Shown here in pieces: positions 41,350 through 53,034 of a DNA stretch of 64,000 nt. A program made the translations under genes and the position numbers. The notes beneath the pieces are model-generated. The model ran no database searches and was not told where the DNA came from. It was given only the letters and a program-made list of their open reading frames with translations. This stretch comes from a virus. Taxonomy: Duplodnaviria; Caudoviricetes. Position 1 is the stretch's first letter. Each line of letters starts with the position of its first letter. The stretch lies in the IMG/VR virus record IMGVR_UViG_3300031949_001696; one strand, written 5' to 3'.

Positions 41350-43141
41350 GGAAGGGCGATGAGTAGCAACGAAGAAACTGCCGCGAGTCAAGTCGTCCAG
41401 CACCTGCGCGACGTATACGGGCCAACAATGCCGTACGACGGCTTGCCCGAGGGCACCACGGTTGGAACGACGTTTCAGTTCGCGGGACTCTCGATCGGCT
41501 ACAACCGCGAGCACCTGCTATTGCCCGACGAGGACAAGCTCGCCGACCTCCTGCGTGAAGCAGCGACCAAGTGCCGCTCGATCACGGAGGCCGAGAAGCG
41601 CGAGCACGCGGCCGAACTTGCCGACGAGCGCGAAGGCTAACGAGCATGGCTTTCACCAAGGAGCAGCCCAAGGTGGGCGCTACGATCATGCACTGCGGTC
41701 ACCTCGACCGCGGCGCGATGCACTGGTTTCAATACGAAAAGCCGATTGGTTTTTCGCGACCTGATCAGACCCGCGGGACGGCCGAGTGGTTCGCGGCGTG
41801 CGAGCCGTGCTTCATCAAGCACGGCAAGAAAGTCGCGAGCATCGTCCGTGGCGATGCCATCTGGACCGGCGGCGCGACCATCGAGAAAGAGGAGAGCTAG
41901 ATCATGCCCAGTGCCATCGACCAGCGGCGGCTACGCGACGGAGCGCACGCGCTCGACGTCTCTAGCCGGGTGCCCGTGACGATCGACGAAGCGCGCAGCC
42001 AGTTAGAGATCGTCCACGCAGGTCTCGCGGCGCTTCAATCTCTCGACGATCTGGGCGAAGAAGCGAACGCGCGCGCAGAGTGCGATCAGCAGGTGCTGTG
42101 GAAACGCTACGAGGAGCTGAAGAAGCATCTCAAGCGCCTCGAAGGGAAGGAGATCTCGTGAGCAGTGATCAAGAGCAGGGGCTGCGGATCCTCGACAACG
42201 CGCTGTGGCGCATCGCGCGCCGCGGCGACTGTGAATACTACGACGACGAGAAGAGCCGTCCCAAGCCGTGCGATTGCCCGCGGTGCGTGGCGACCGCCGC
42301 GCTCGAAGCCGCCAAGAACTGGCGCTTTCACGGCTCGCACCACGAGCGGGTGCAGAGTGGTAATTGGCCACGCGAGACCAAGATGCAGGCAGCGTGGATG
42401 AAGCTTGCCAGCGGGCACGGCCGCGATTCGGATCAGTTGCTCGCACAGATCCTCAAGGACGATCGCGTGCCGAGCGTGCGTGACTGGTACGTCGCGACGA
42501 GCGTCATCCAGTGGCTCGCCACCAACGTCGGGATGACCGTGCTCGAAGCCGCGGGCTTCAAGTACCAGCAGTGGGAGCAGGACATGGCCGACGGCCCATT
42601 GTTCAACCGCCGCCAGGAGCGCGAGGACAACGACAAGAAGCGCGCGGAGGCCAAGCCGTGACCGCCGCCTCCGATGATCGCGAGCTGCGCGACGACAAGG
42701 GCCAGCTCTGCGTGAAGCGCGGCACGAATTTCAAGTACCAGTACCTCTACGACGACCATCTACCGTGCCGCGTGGACCGGTCGACCACTGCCGGCGGCTG
42801 CTCCGCGTGCGGCGCGACGCTCTCGGAGGACCACGCCGCGCGGGGGGTTACCATGTGCGTAGTCTGCGTGGTGCGTACGCTGCGGGAGGCGCGATGACTT
42901 CGATCCTCGAACCGGATCCGCTGCCCGGCACCGTCGAACGTCTCGAACGCGCGCTGGTGGCGGCCTACACAGACGTCGAGGTCCTGACGGCCGATCGCGA
43001 TCGGCTGTCCAAGCTCTCTGACTCGATGTTCGAGAAGGGATACGACCAGGCGGTTCGCGAGATCCGCGATCACTTCAAGAAGCTGCGACAGCCCGACGTC
43101 GTGACCGAAGTCGAGAAGATCTGGCTCAAGGAGAAGCACGC

Positions 43142-43633
43142 ATGAATGACCGAACCCCCTTCCCGAAGTTCATGGACGATCGAACGCCCTACCCGAAGTA
43201 TCAGAGTTGTCCGTGCGGCTCCGGGCAGAAGTACAAGTTCTGCTGCTACACGAAGGGCTTTCACTACTATCTCGATGATGTCGACGAAGTATCTAGAGCC
43301 GTGCCGATGTCCAAAGAGACCAGTGAGCTGCTCGCCCAGCACCGTGCGAACGTCGAGAAGAAGCTCGGTCGTCCGGTGCGCCCCGACGACCCCGTCTTCC
43401 CCGAACTCGTGACTCTCAGTCCAGAGGACCTCAAGAAACAGATGATCGCTGATTTTCGGAAGGTTGGGATTCGTTCTGAGCTGATCTACGCCTTCGAGAA
43501 GACCGGCCTGATGGTGACCGATCAGAACAAACACCTCATCCCAGACATCGATCTCGCGGCGTGGAGCGCCGCTGTCGAGGAGTATTACGAGTATTACGAG
43601 CTGCATCCCGAAGACGATCCGAGGACCACGTGA
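43142..43633 (+). CDS. SEC-C motif protein
   Basis: CPCGSGQKYKFCC. Confidence 0.85.
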   Translation: MNDRTPFPKFMDDRTPYPKYQSCPCGSGQKYKFCCYTKGFHYYLDDVDEVSRAVPMSKETSELLAQHRANVEKKLGRPVRPDDPVFPELVTLSPEDLKKQMIADFRKVGIRSELIYAFEKTGLMVTDQNKHLIPDIDLAAWSAAVEEYYEYYELHPEDDPRTT

Positions 43634-46600
43634 CAACCGCCGCCCACTATCACGTGTGGTGTCTGTCGTGGGACGACGAGGAGGAGTACGGATCCGACGT
43701 CGTCGGCTACGACATCTTCTGCCACGACTTCAAGACCGAGAAGCGCGGCATCGTCTACGTCCCGAGCACCACGCTCTACGACGCGAAGGCTGCGGCGGAG
43801 GCATACGCCGACTACGCGTATAGACAACGCGACGGCTGGGAGTCGACCTGGCCGCTCGTGTTCCGCGTCCGTGGCTCGGATGGACAGGTCACAGACTTCG
43901 ATGTCGACTGCCAGCACGTCCCCGAGTTTTCTGCGTCGCCGCTCGAACGACCTGCCGACCTGTGCGCCGACTCATGCGAGCGCTGCGATGCTACGTGCCG
44001 ACAAGTCGAGGACGCCGTGCGTCGGGTCCCGTGCCCGAAGCACGGCACCACGCGCTGGCAGCGCGAGCTCGACGCGATCGCTGCGGGAGAGGCTCTGTGA
44101 AGCTGACGAAGGACATGACGAGGGGAGAGCGTGCGAAGACGGTACTCTTGCTCCGCTGCGCTGCCGAGGTCGCTGTCACGGGTGATCACGTCCTCGGGCC
44201 CAGTCGGCACACCGCACCGCGCCTGGGTCTCGACAAGCACGTGTGCGCTCTCGCGACTCGGGCCGTGAGGTACGTCGCGAGGGAGACGGGACGAGATCCC
44301 GACGCCGCAAACGATCTCGACGAGTACGTCAGCGTCGTGCTCGAAGCGGCGCAGTGCATCGAGGAGAGATCGTGGCCATGAAGAAGTCGAAGAAGATGAA
44401 GCCACGCCCCCTCGCGCCCAAGCAGCGCGAGGTGCTCGCTCGCTCCGCCGTCGGCGAAGATCGCCAGCTGCCCGCGCGCTACGATCCGGGACCGCCGCCG
44501 TTCATGCGACCGGCGATGCGCTGGTTCGTGCCGCCCGGGCTCGTGGTCCCTAGTGGATCGGTCGAGTATCAGGCTGCGCGAGCGCTAGCCGCGCGAGGGC
44601 TGCTCAAGCTTGGCAGTGTTCCGCCGTCGCCCGAGCTGCCGTACGGTCAGGGTGGGTACCTCATCACGAAGAAAGGAAAGTCGGCACTTCGATGAAGAGC
44701 TTACAGATCGACGGCAAAGTCATGGGCGTCATCCACGCCAAGAAGACCGAGGGTCAGTCGAGGATCTGGCTGACCGCGAAACCCGACGCGACGTGGTGGA
44801 TCGTGGTCGAGGGACCTGATCAGCGGATCCGCGAAGTAGGCTTCGTTCGACCTCCGCAGGAAGCGCGCGCTCGGGACACCTACGCTTCCTTGAGCAAGCC
44901 GCACGTGCTCGAAGCATTCCTGGAGGGGAAGGATTCTTGATGACCACTCCGCGCGAGTTCATTGACGATGAGTTCTCGTTCACCGTCTGGCCGAAGGACG
45001 GATCGGACGACGACGCGCTCGACGTTCACGCGCTAACTCCGAACCAGGCCGCCGAGCTGCGAGCGAAGACCGACTACACCGGCGATCCCGACTGGCGGGC
45101 CAGCTACTGCGTCCGCAACAACTTCACGGGGACGCTCTACGTGATCGACGTCGGTGTCGTTCCGCAGCCCTCGTTCGTGGCGCTCCTCGCGCGCGAGGTG
45201 CCCATACCGGCCGCTACCCACGTGCTGTGGGGAGGCCACGTCTTGTGCGAGGACAAGCGACTGCGCGGCGTCCCACGCGACTGGCCCCAAGATCAGCGCT
45301 GGATCTCGCTCCAGGATGTCGCCGACGGAACCGAGGTTCCAGCAAATCTTCAGTGCGAAGCGTGCTTCGCCAAGGCGCCCGGGCTCGTGGCCGGCATCCG
45401 CCAGATCGGAGTGAAGGCTCGATGAAGAAGGTCGCGAGGACCGCACGACTCGTCGTCGTCGAGAACTGTGTCGGCTGTCCGTTCTCGTACGAGTGCGACA
45501 ACGAATGGACGTGCACGACCGCGGAAGACGACGATGGTCATTACAAGACGATCATGCGTACGCAGAAGCGCCGCGGCGGACCGTGGCTGCCGCCACCGAA
45601 GTGGTGTCCCCTGCGCGCCGAGATCGTCGTCGTTACTCTCGGAGAAAAGGCAAGATCATGAAAACCGTCGACGTCGAGTGCTCCTGCTACGGCTGCACGA
45701 TCAAGCGCCAGCGCTTGGGCATCGTTCCGCCCGATCGCTCCGCCGAGCCGTGTCAACCACCGGGCGCATGCGCGAGCCACGGCCAGTGCTGGACCCACAG
45801 TGAGTGGGTCGATGAGGCGCGCTGTGATCCTCCGAACGCGTGCGTCACTGGATCGCACTGCGCGACGCATGCTGCACGCAAAGAGGTGTCGTGACCGAGT
45901 CGTACTCGCTACTCGACGACAACGACGGTCGTTGTGAGCAATGCAACGACCCGAAGACTGTCGAGCAAGTCCAACAGACGTATCCGATCAAGCCGCGGGG
46001 TGATTTGCAATGGGGGACGCTGTGGCTCTGTCCGCTTTGTCTGGCCAAGGCCAAGCTCCGCGATCAGGACAAGAATATCCCGGCGATCGCGAGCGCGACG
46101 CGGGGTGAGACCAAGCCACTTGTCCTCCAGGATGCAGGCTGGCGCGATGTCGCCGCCGACTTTCTCCGAATTGGCCGACTCAGCGAGGCCGTCGATCTCA
46201 TCCACCGCCACCTGAGCGATGGTTGGCTTAAGCTCGTGCCCGGAGACTTCATCTCTTTCGACGAGCAGGGCGTCTCTACGACGTTGAGAAACGACGGCCA
46301 GGTTACGGCGCGCATCAAGCTCGTCGTTCTTCATGACCTTCGGGACCCGATCACAGATGCGATTGCGGAAAGCAGGCCGCGTTATGAGTAATCCATTCTC
46401 CTGGTACCGCATGCTGTACTGGCGGTTCCGCTGGCACGTCTTCCCGCGTCGGCGCTACACCACGCGCTGTCAATACTGCGCCGCGATCACCGGCCGCACG
46501 ATGCACGTGTGGGCGACCGAAGACGTGTGCGCGAGCTGCGCCGCACCACTTCTGGAAATGGAGAGCGTGAACGGATGACCTACGATCAAATGCTCGACCA

Positions 46601-46847
46601 CTGCAAGAAGCTGCTCGCGGCGAATCAGCACGCGTACATCGATCCAGACACGCTCGCGATGGCCAAGTTCATCGTCGACACGCTCGGGGTGGTGTTCCCG
46701 TGCGGCTTCCCTGAGCCTCGCGTCGGAACCGCGCCTGACGGCAGCACGAACGTGATGATCGAGGACATCGTGTTCGGCACGCGTGACGAGGCTCTCGGTA
46801 TCGCCGTAGCGATCATTCGCCATGCTCTTGAGCTACCAGAGAACTAA

Positions 46848-47134
46848 CCATGCTTATCCGGTTGACACCCAAGGACTGCAATGAAGACCAGATGGCAAGA
46901 CGGCAAGCGCTTCACCGTCCATGTTGAAGACTACAACGGGCATCGTTTTGAAGCGGTCGCCCGTGTTGTCGACGCTTTCAAGATCGGCAACGCAATCCGC
47001 GCGCAGTTGGAACTAGAGACTCCGTGCCCGCATGGAAACTGCTTCATCGGACGTGTGCGCGTAATGTCGCGACCCTCGCAGAGAGCGCATCCCATTCGAG
47101 TGCTTCGTAACGGGTGACAAACGGATAGGCACGG
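46848..47134 (+). mobile_element. non-autonomous TIR gene cassette, 287 bp, one passenger gene
   Basis: CCATGCTTATCCGGTTGACACCC...GGGTGACAAACGGATAGGCACGG; AACTAA at 46842-46847 and 47135-47140. Confidence 0.85.
46881..47117 (+). CDS. cassette passenger, hypothetical protein
   Basis: RBS AAGGA comes from the left end; stop TGA lies in the right TIR; lower-GC codons. Confidence 0.7.
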   Translation: MKTRWQDGKRFTVHVEDYNGHRFEAVARVVDAFKIGNAIRAQLELETPCPHGNCFIGRVRVMSRPSQRAHPIRVLRNG

Positions 47135-47164
47135 AACTAACTATCCACGACAAGGAGATCCGAC

Positions 47165-47491
47165 ATGCAGGAATTATCGCTCACCGTTCCGATCACGCTC
47201 TTTGGCGCCGCACAGCTCTTGCGCGACCGCGGCTGGACGACCCGTCAGATGGAGCATCCCGATGGGCGCATGTGCCTGGTCGGCGCGATCCAGCGCTACG
47301 TGGCGGAGAGCGGCATCAGCGATCCAGTTGTTGCGGATAATCTTGCCACCGACGCGGTCAACGCGGTCACTCGGATCCTCTGGGTGATCCGGTGCGACAA
47401 GCCTCATCCGACAGCATGGAACGATCGGTACTGTACTTCGGTCGAGGACGCGATCGACGTCCTTGAACGCGCGGCGCGGGTGGTGGCGTGA
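47165..47491 (+). CDS. DUF6197-like phage protein
   Basis: AA.LL..RGW......GRMCLVGAI...WND......I.VL..AA. Confidence 0.6.
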   Translation: MQELSLTVPITLFGAAQLLRDRGWTTRQMEHPDGRMCLVGAIQRYVAESGISDPVVADNLATDAVNAVTRILWVIRCDKPHPTAWNDRYCTSVEDAIDVLERAARVVA

Positions 47492-49143
47492 ACGCCGACG
47501 TCCGCCGCTCGTCCCAGGTCCTCGCGGCGCTCAACCACGCCGCGTACACCTTTCGTTCGTTCACGGCCGCGGACTGGCAAGACATGGCCAAGGAGTGTCA
47601 GCGCCAGGCCGACGAGCGTACGTGCGTTGACTGCGGCAAAGATGTTCTCACGGCGCGCCATGCCGTGAAAACGCAGTTGGAGACGCGTGAGCACCGGCGG
47701 CGCGATGATCGGTGGTCGTGTCGATGAGCGGCCCGAGCAAGAAAGCATTGGTCGGGCACCACCTGACGGAGGCGATCCGGCATCTCTACGCCGCCGCGGA
47801 GTTCGTGCGCGAGCTGGTCGATGACGATCCGAACGATCTGGCGATGACCCTCGTGCGCGCGGCCGAGACCGCTCGCGATGTCCGCGGCGAAGTCGAAGGA
47901 AGCTCGAAGTGAACATCCACGAAGAAGCCTTCCTCGCCGATCTGCGCCGCGCGCTCGCGGAGCGGACCGACTTGACCGAGCAGGAGCGCTATCTGATCAC
48001 GAACCAGATCGCCTTCGTCGAGGAAGGGACGATCGGACTGACAGGTCCTGATACGGCGAACGATTTCATCGAGCGCTACAGGAACCACTACCCCTGAGGT
48101 TTTTATGCCCCGCACGAAGAAGAGTAAGGAACTCACCGAGACACCACCGAGCTGCTCCGTCTGCGACGAGCGGCTCGCGGATGGATCGCTGTACGTGAGC
48201 TTCAGTCCGTTTGCCGAGCAGCGCGAGAGCTTGCGACCCCGCAAGTACGACGATCCGCCCGCGATGAATCGCGGCTGGTCGCTGCACCTGCCGATCTGCG
48301 GGCCATGCGTCCGCGCGTCGGTGTCAGTGTGCGTCAAGATGGAGCTGAAAAACGAGAAGGGAACGTGGGCCCACATATCGAGCGAGGTCCCGCGATGAGT
48401 GCTGATCCCGAGGAAAGGAAGCGCCTCTTAGCCAACGCAGGGATTGGCCCTTTGCCGATCGAGCGCATCGCCGAGATCGCCGCGCTACGTGGCTCGCAAG
48501 GCCGTGTTGTCTCGGCGTCGGAGATCGACGCGATGGCCTTCGAGCTTCTCGACGCTCGAGATGCGGCGAAGCGCGGCGAAGGCGGCTCGATACCGATGCG
48601 GCTGCCCTGTCCTGAATGCGGCACGTTGCATATCGATGAGGGCGAGTTCGCGACGAAAAGTCACCATACGCATGCATGTCAAAACTGCGGGATGGTTTGG
48701 CGACCTGCGGTCGTCCCGACCGTCGGCGTCCGCTTTCTCCCCGGTTTCAAGAGCGAGGTCTAGATGACTTTCAAGATCGACCTGCGGCCCGGGACGAAGC
48801 TCTCGGAGCACTTCACCAATCGTCGTGACTGCTACAAGGTCGTCGAGGTCGACAACGTCCTCGGCTACGTCGTGTCGGGCGGAGGGCGCGATAGCGCCGC
48901 GCACATCTATCCATTGTATCACGCCGACATTCACATCAAGGCCGGGAAGACGTGGCGTCTCGTGTCGTCGTACGAGCAGGGAGATCGATTCAACGCCTTC
49001 ACGTTCCACACCGACTACGAAGGCTGCACGTTCGCCTCGATTGCTTCCCAGGCGATCCGGGCACTCGAAGACCGGCGTCACGTACGCGAGCTCTCGAAGA
49101 AAGCCGCGGCAGCGAAGCGTCCTCGACGAAAGGCGCGCGGGTG

Positions 49144-49737
49144 ATGAGCGCTTCAGCGATCATCGAACAACAGGCCGAGATGCTTCCGTTCGTCGCGGCT
49201 AAGCAGATGGCAGTCGCCGCGTTCGAGCGCGAATATCTTTCACGCGCGCTGACGCTGGCGAACGGATCGGTGACCGACGCTGCTCGCATGACAGGTCTCG
49301 ATCGTGCGAATCTTCGGAAACTGCTCATTCGCAATGGCCTCCGCGCGCCTGGACGAAACACGCGAGAGTTCGCGAAGAAGGCCGCGAAAGCGTCCTCGAC
49401 GAAAGGCACGCAAGCAATGACGGTATTGAACCGGTCGCGAAGGGCGCGCGAGAGCGCCGGGCTCGGCGTCGGCCAGGCCGCGCGTCTGCTCGGCGTGACG
49501 ATCGACCAGCTCCGCCGTGTCGAAGAGAACGACAGCGCGTACGCGGACGCGTATCCCCCGCGACTCGCGGATCTGTACGGCGTGAACGTCGACTGGCTCT
49601 CCGGTCGCAGCGAGTTGCGTGACTACGAACCCTTGCGGAATCTTCAAGGTGCGGACGAGTTGTCGTTCTGCGATCGCGACATGCTCGCCGAGCTGTACGC
49701 TTCACTGCCTCGAAAGGGCAAAGGCTTGGGGCGCTGA
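49144..49737 (+). CDS. Fis-type HTH joined to an XRE HTH (probably two genes fused by a frameshift)
   Basis: PF..AK..AV.AFEREYL..AL....GSVT.AAR..GLDR.NL.KLL, then RRARESAG......A..LG...LADLYGVNVDWL. Confidence 0.75.
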   Translation: MSASAIIEQQAEMLPFVAAKQMAVAAFEREYLSRALTLANGSVTDAARMTGLDRANLRKLLIRNGLRAPGRNTREFAKKAAKASSTKGTQAMTVLNRSRRARESAGLGVGQAARLLGVTIDQLRRVEENDSAYADAYPPRLADLYGVNVDWLSGRSELRDYEPLRNLQGADELSFCDRDMLAELYASLPRKGKGLGR

Positions 49738-50138
49738 GCCGCAATTCGGGAGGTATGCATGACCGAACCTGTGAAGAGTCCCGTTCCCTTGCAAGCCGTC
49801 GTGACCGTGATGTGCGATGTGCTCGCTGAACTTCAAATGGATGACCAGGCACGCGCTCTCGAAGCTGTGCGGATCACGCTTGGAATCTTCCCGAGACATC
49901 GAGTTGGACTTGCACCGGAGACGAGCGGACCCAGATCGGCCTTCGAGAGGATGTCGGAAATTAGGGAGCTTCCCCTAGCGAACGCTGGCGTTCGAGGCGC
50001 TGAAGATTCCCAGATGGAAATCGTCGCTGAATTTTGCCGGTCGCTGCGTCCTGAACAGGTGCAGGTGCTCACGCAGACATTAGATATGGCCCAGAAAATC
50101 ATGTTCATGGAGATCGTAAACTTTTTGAGGCCGCCCAC

Positions 50139-50861
50139 ATGAACCGTATCGTCGACGTCTTCGGCTCCTTTCACGTGCTGTTGCCGGTCATCCATCCGGT
50201 CAGCCGCGACGTGGCACTCACGAGCATTCGTACGGTTCACGACGCCGGTGTGAAGGGCGTGTGGCTGATCGATCAAGGCATGCGCGAGCGCGATGTTCTC
50301 GCGCTCGTACGCGAAGTCCGCACGCTCTATCCGGCGCTGTGGATCGGCGTGAACCTCTTGTCACGCATGCCCGCCGCCGCGCTCAAGACGGCGCTCGCGG
50401 CGGACGTTCGCGTCGACGGCATCTGGTCCGACGACGCCGGTATGGACGCGCGCGAAGCGCCGTCGTACCCACGGGCAGAGGCGATGCTCGGTTGGCGCCG
50501 CGAGGCGTGCTGGGAAGGTCTCTACTTCGGCGGTGTCGCGTTCAAGTACCAGCGCGAAGTAGCGCCTGAGGACCTCGGACCCGCGGCCACCGCCGCCGCG
50601 CCGTACGTCGACGTGCTCTGTACGAGCGGCCCGGGCACGGGACACGCGGCCGGCATCGAGAAGATCCGGGCACTGCGCACGGGGCTCGGCGATCACGCGA
50701 TGGCCCTCGCTTCTGGGGTCACTGCCGAGAACGTGCGCAGCTACATGCCGTACGTGCAGGCGTTTCTCGTCGGCACGGGGCTCGAGTCGCGGCTCGGCGT
50801 GATCGATCCTGGCAAGCTCGAAGTGCTGACGCGCGCGATGAGCACGTTCACGGTCTCGTGA
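50139..50861 (+). CDS. BtpA/SgcQ-family TIM-barrel protein
   Basis: PVIH, IGVNLL, FGGVAFKYQ, DV.CTSGPGTG, LASGVTAENV, FLVGT. Confidence 0.75.
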   Translation: MNRIVDVFGSFHVLLPVIHPVSRDVALTSIRTVHDAGVKGVWLIDQGMRERDVLALVREVRTLYPALWIGVNLLSRMPAAALKTALAADVRVDGIWSDDAGMDAREAPSYPRAEAMLGWRREACWEGLYFGGVAFKYQREVAPEDLGPAATAAAPYVDVLCTSGPGTGHAAGIEKIRALRTGLGDHAMALASGVTAENVRSYMPYVQAFLVGTGLESRLGVIDPGKLEVLTRAMSTFTVS

Positions 50862-51132
50862 TCGACGAGGAGCCGTCTCGTCGCCCCGTCAGGAGCATCC
50901 CGCCCAAGAATGCGATCGAGTCTCCGACGTGGTTGCGCATCGACGTGTCTCGATGCTCGACGGGGAAGATCTTGCCTTCCACCATCTCGTAGAGTGTGTG
51001 GACGGCCATGCCGGTCCAGAAGCGGCGCGGGAAGACGGCGCCCCACAGCGCGCCGGTCGTGATGTGGAGGATGGTCCACTCGTTGAAGAACTGCGGGCCG
51101 GGCGTCTCGTGAAACCAAGGCAGCTTCTTCAT
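50848..51132 (-). CDS. small membrane protein with putative metal-binding H/E/N/D residues, apparently leaderless
   Basis: WTILH..TG...H..YE..E...N..GD; TATGAT-N6-ATG. Confidence 0.65.
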   Translation of the reverse strand: MKKLPWFHETPGPQFFNEWTILHITTGALWGAVFPRRFWTGMAVHTLYEMVEGKIFPVEHRDTSMRNHVGDSIAFLGGMLLTGRRDGSSSITRP

Positions 51133-51156
51133 GATGCGATCATAGCGCGAAGGTCG

Positions 51157-51510
51157 TCACCGCTGTGCAAGTGCCCGTTGCAAGAGCAGCGAGCACTCTG
51201 GTGTCCAGACGCCGTGCTCCCGGACGTAGTGCTCGGCCTTCTCAGGCCACACGAACCCGAACGCGGTGAGATCTCCTGTTCCGAGCTGGGCGCCGCAGAT
51301 CCGGCAGTTCGCCCAGCCCATCGCGCCGGTGCCTGGGTGCGCGTCCTGACCGTTCTGGAGAAGAAACGCGACTTGCTGGCGAGCTAGGTCAGGCACGTCG
51401 CGCCGGACGTGATCGTGCGGCCTCTCGCCAGGGGCGCCGCCCCAATACAGCATGCGGCGCAGATGCGGCGACGCTGGATAAGCCGGGTAAGCCGGATCAG
51501 ACGTTTTCAT
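51157..51510 (-). CDS. hypothetical protein, paralog of 212-625, apparently leaderless
   Basis: Shared motif; TATGAT-N6-ATG. Confidence 0.8.
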   Translation of the reverse strand: MKTSDPAYPAYPASPHLRRMLYWGGAPGERPHDHVRRDVPDLARQQVAFLLQNGQDAHPGTGAMGWANCRICGAQLGTGDLTAFGFVWPEKAEHYVREHGVWTPECSLLLQRALAQR

Positions 51511-51608
51511 GGACGGATCATAGCGTGGCAGCGGGAGTCGAGATCTCGCCGAGCGGCCATGAACAAACAGGCTGGACAGAATGTGAACACACGGTGTACA
51601 CAAGTCAC

Positions 51609-51794
51609 GTGGCCCGCCAGCGCTCGACGGCAGATCTTCACATTCGACTTCCACCTAGAGAGTTACGGGCCTGGAAGGCGGCGGCGCGTCGCAATAACGA
51701 GACGCTGACCGAGTGGATGCGCTCTCAACTCAACTCGGTTGCAGCGTCTTCAACCGCGTTGGCCGCCGCCGCAAATCCAGAGAGCGCGCGGTGA
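51609..51794 (+). CDS. RHH-like regulator
   Basis: LHIRL...E..AWKAAARR....LTEWMR..LN; upstream TGGACA-18-TACACA-N6-GTG. Confidence 0.7.
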   Translation: MARQRSTADLHIRLPPRELRAWKAAARRNNETLTEWMRSQLNSVAASSTALAAAANPESAR

Positions 51795-52041
51795 CCCGCT
51801 ACACCTTCGAGGAGGTGTGCGCCGCGCTCCACGAGTATTGGGGGCTGGCGCTTCACCGTGGCAGCCGCGACAGAGCCGACGGTCCTCGTGACGGTCGTTG
51901 GGACACCTATCACAGCACGACCGGATTCATCGTCGGTGGTCAACTACCTCGCCGCGGCTATGGCCACCAGCGGTATCGATCTCTCGTCGACGTGGTGGAC
52001 GCCTGGGAATTGGAGAAAGTTCTCATGGAAGTGCGCTGCTG

Positions 52042-52284
52042 ATGGCCACGCCACTCTACGAGGCCGACAAGTACACGTATCGCGTGCTGTGGTCCGAGGA
52101 GGATCATCAGTACGTCGGCGTGTGCACGGAGTTTCCGTCGCTGAGTCATTTGGACAACGGACACGACGACGCGCTCGCCGGCATCGTCGCGCTCGTTCGC
52201 GACGTGCTCGCGGACATCGTTGCGAAGAAAAACGAGCCCCCTGTGCCGCTCGCGATCCAGCGTTTCAAGAAGGACGCTCGATGA
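52042..52284 (+). CDS. hicB: HicB-family antitoxin N-terminal domain, orphan
   Basis: YTYRVLWSEEDHQYVGVCTEFPSLS....AL.GI..LV.DV.AD. Confidence 0.75.
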   Translation: MATPLYEADKYTYRVLWSEEDHQYVGVCTEFPSLSHLDNGHDDALAGIVALVRDVLADIVAKKNEPPVPLAIQRFKKDAR

Positions 52285-52533
52285 CGCGCCTTCTGACAAG
52301 AGAAGCGTCGCCAGGAGACGGCGAAAGACTGATGTGCACACGCGCCGTCGATCTCTCGCGCGAGCTGGTGGGTGTCCGCTGGCATCCGCGGCCTCAGCAG
52401 GAGACGTCGTGGGGCATCGTGTGCGCCTTTCTTGGCGTGCCGTGCGAGTTCGGCCGCGACTGCACGTACCCGGGACTCGGCTGGCGCTGCGGTCATCTGA
52501 GGGCTCGATGAAGGTCGGCGTGAAAGGTCGGAA

Positions 52534-53034
52534 GTGATGACCGCGCAGGATTACCAGTACGAGCAATACCTTCGCGCGCAGACGCGCGAGAAGGGTGCGA
52601 GGGACGCTGCTCAAATTCTGGCGGACTTCTACGAGCAGCTCGGGCAGCCGTCGCGGGCGGCGCTGTGGCGAGGGGCTACACGCGTGTACGCGCGGCGAAA
52701 AGTCCCCGCTGATCTGGTTGTCCAGGATCCGCAGTGGCAGCGCAAGGTGATGATGTGGCTCTTGGGTCATGTCACGAGCTACGCGAACGTCTCTCGCGCC
52801 TTCCGGTCGACCTACCTAGGCCACGATGTCGAGCAGAAGATCTGCTCGACCGCGAACGACGAGCGTCATCATCCAACGATGGCTGCAACGCTCCGCCTAC
52901 AAGCAGCCGGCGCGCTGCCCAAACCGTACGTGCAAGGCTCCTTTACGCTCGGTGAGTGCCCACCAGATCACTGGCCACACACGCGACTTCCACGCGACTG
53001 GCGGGCCCGCGATCAGAGGGAGTGGGCACGATGA
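52534..53034 (+). CDS. paralog of 37370-38008
   Basis: ILADFYEQLGQPSRAALWR...PT..AT.RL.AA.ALP. Confidence 0.7.
   Translation: MMTAQDYQYEQYLRAQTREKGARDAAQILADFYEQLGQPSRAALWRGATRVYARRKVPADLVVQDPQWQRKVMMWLLGHVTSYANVSRAFRSTYLGHDVEQKICSTANDERHHPTMAATLRLQAAGALPKPYVQGSFTLGECPPDHWPHTRLPRDWRARDQREWAR

Noticed and set aside
44761-44775. 15-nt match (AGGATCTGGCTGACC) to spacer 61942-61978
   Set aside because: Flanks do not match and a hit this short is plausible by chance. No convincing self-targeting was seen, although the search by eye was incomplete.
46848-46875. Cassette ends as canonical integron attC or Xer dif sites
   Set aside because: Too short for attC with the wrong L-R spacing, and no resemblance to the dif consensus. 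The duplication lies outside the ends rather than at GTT.
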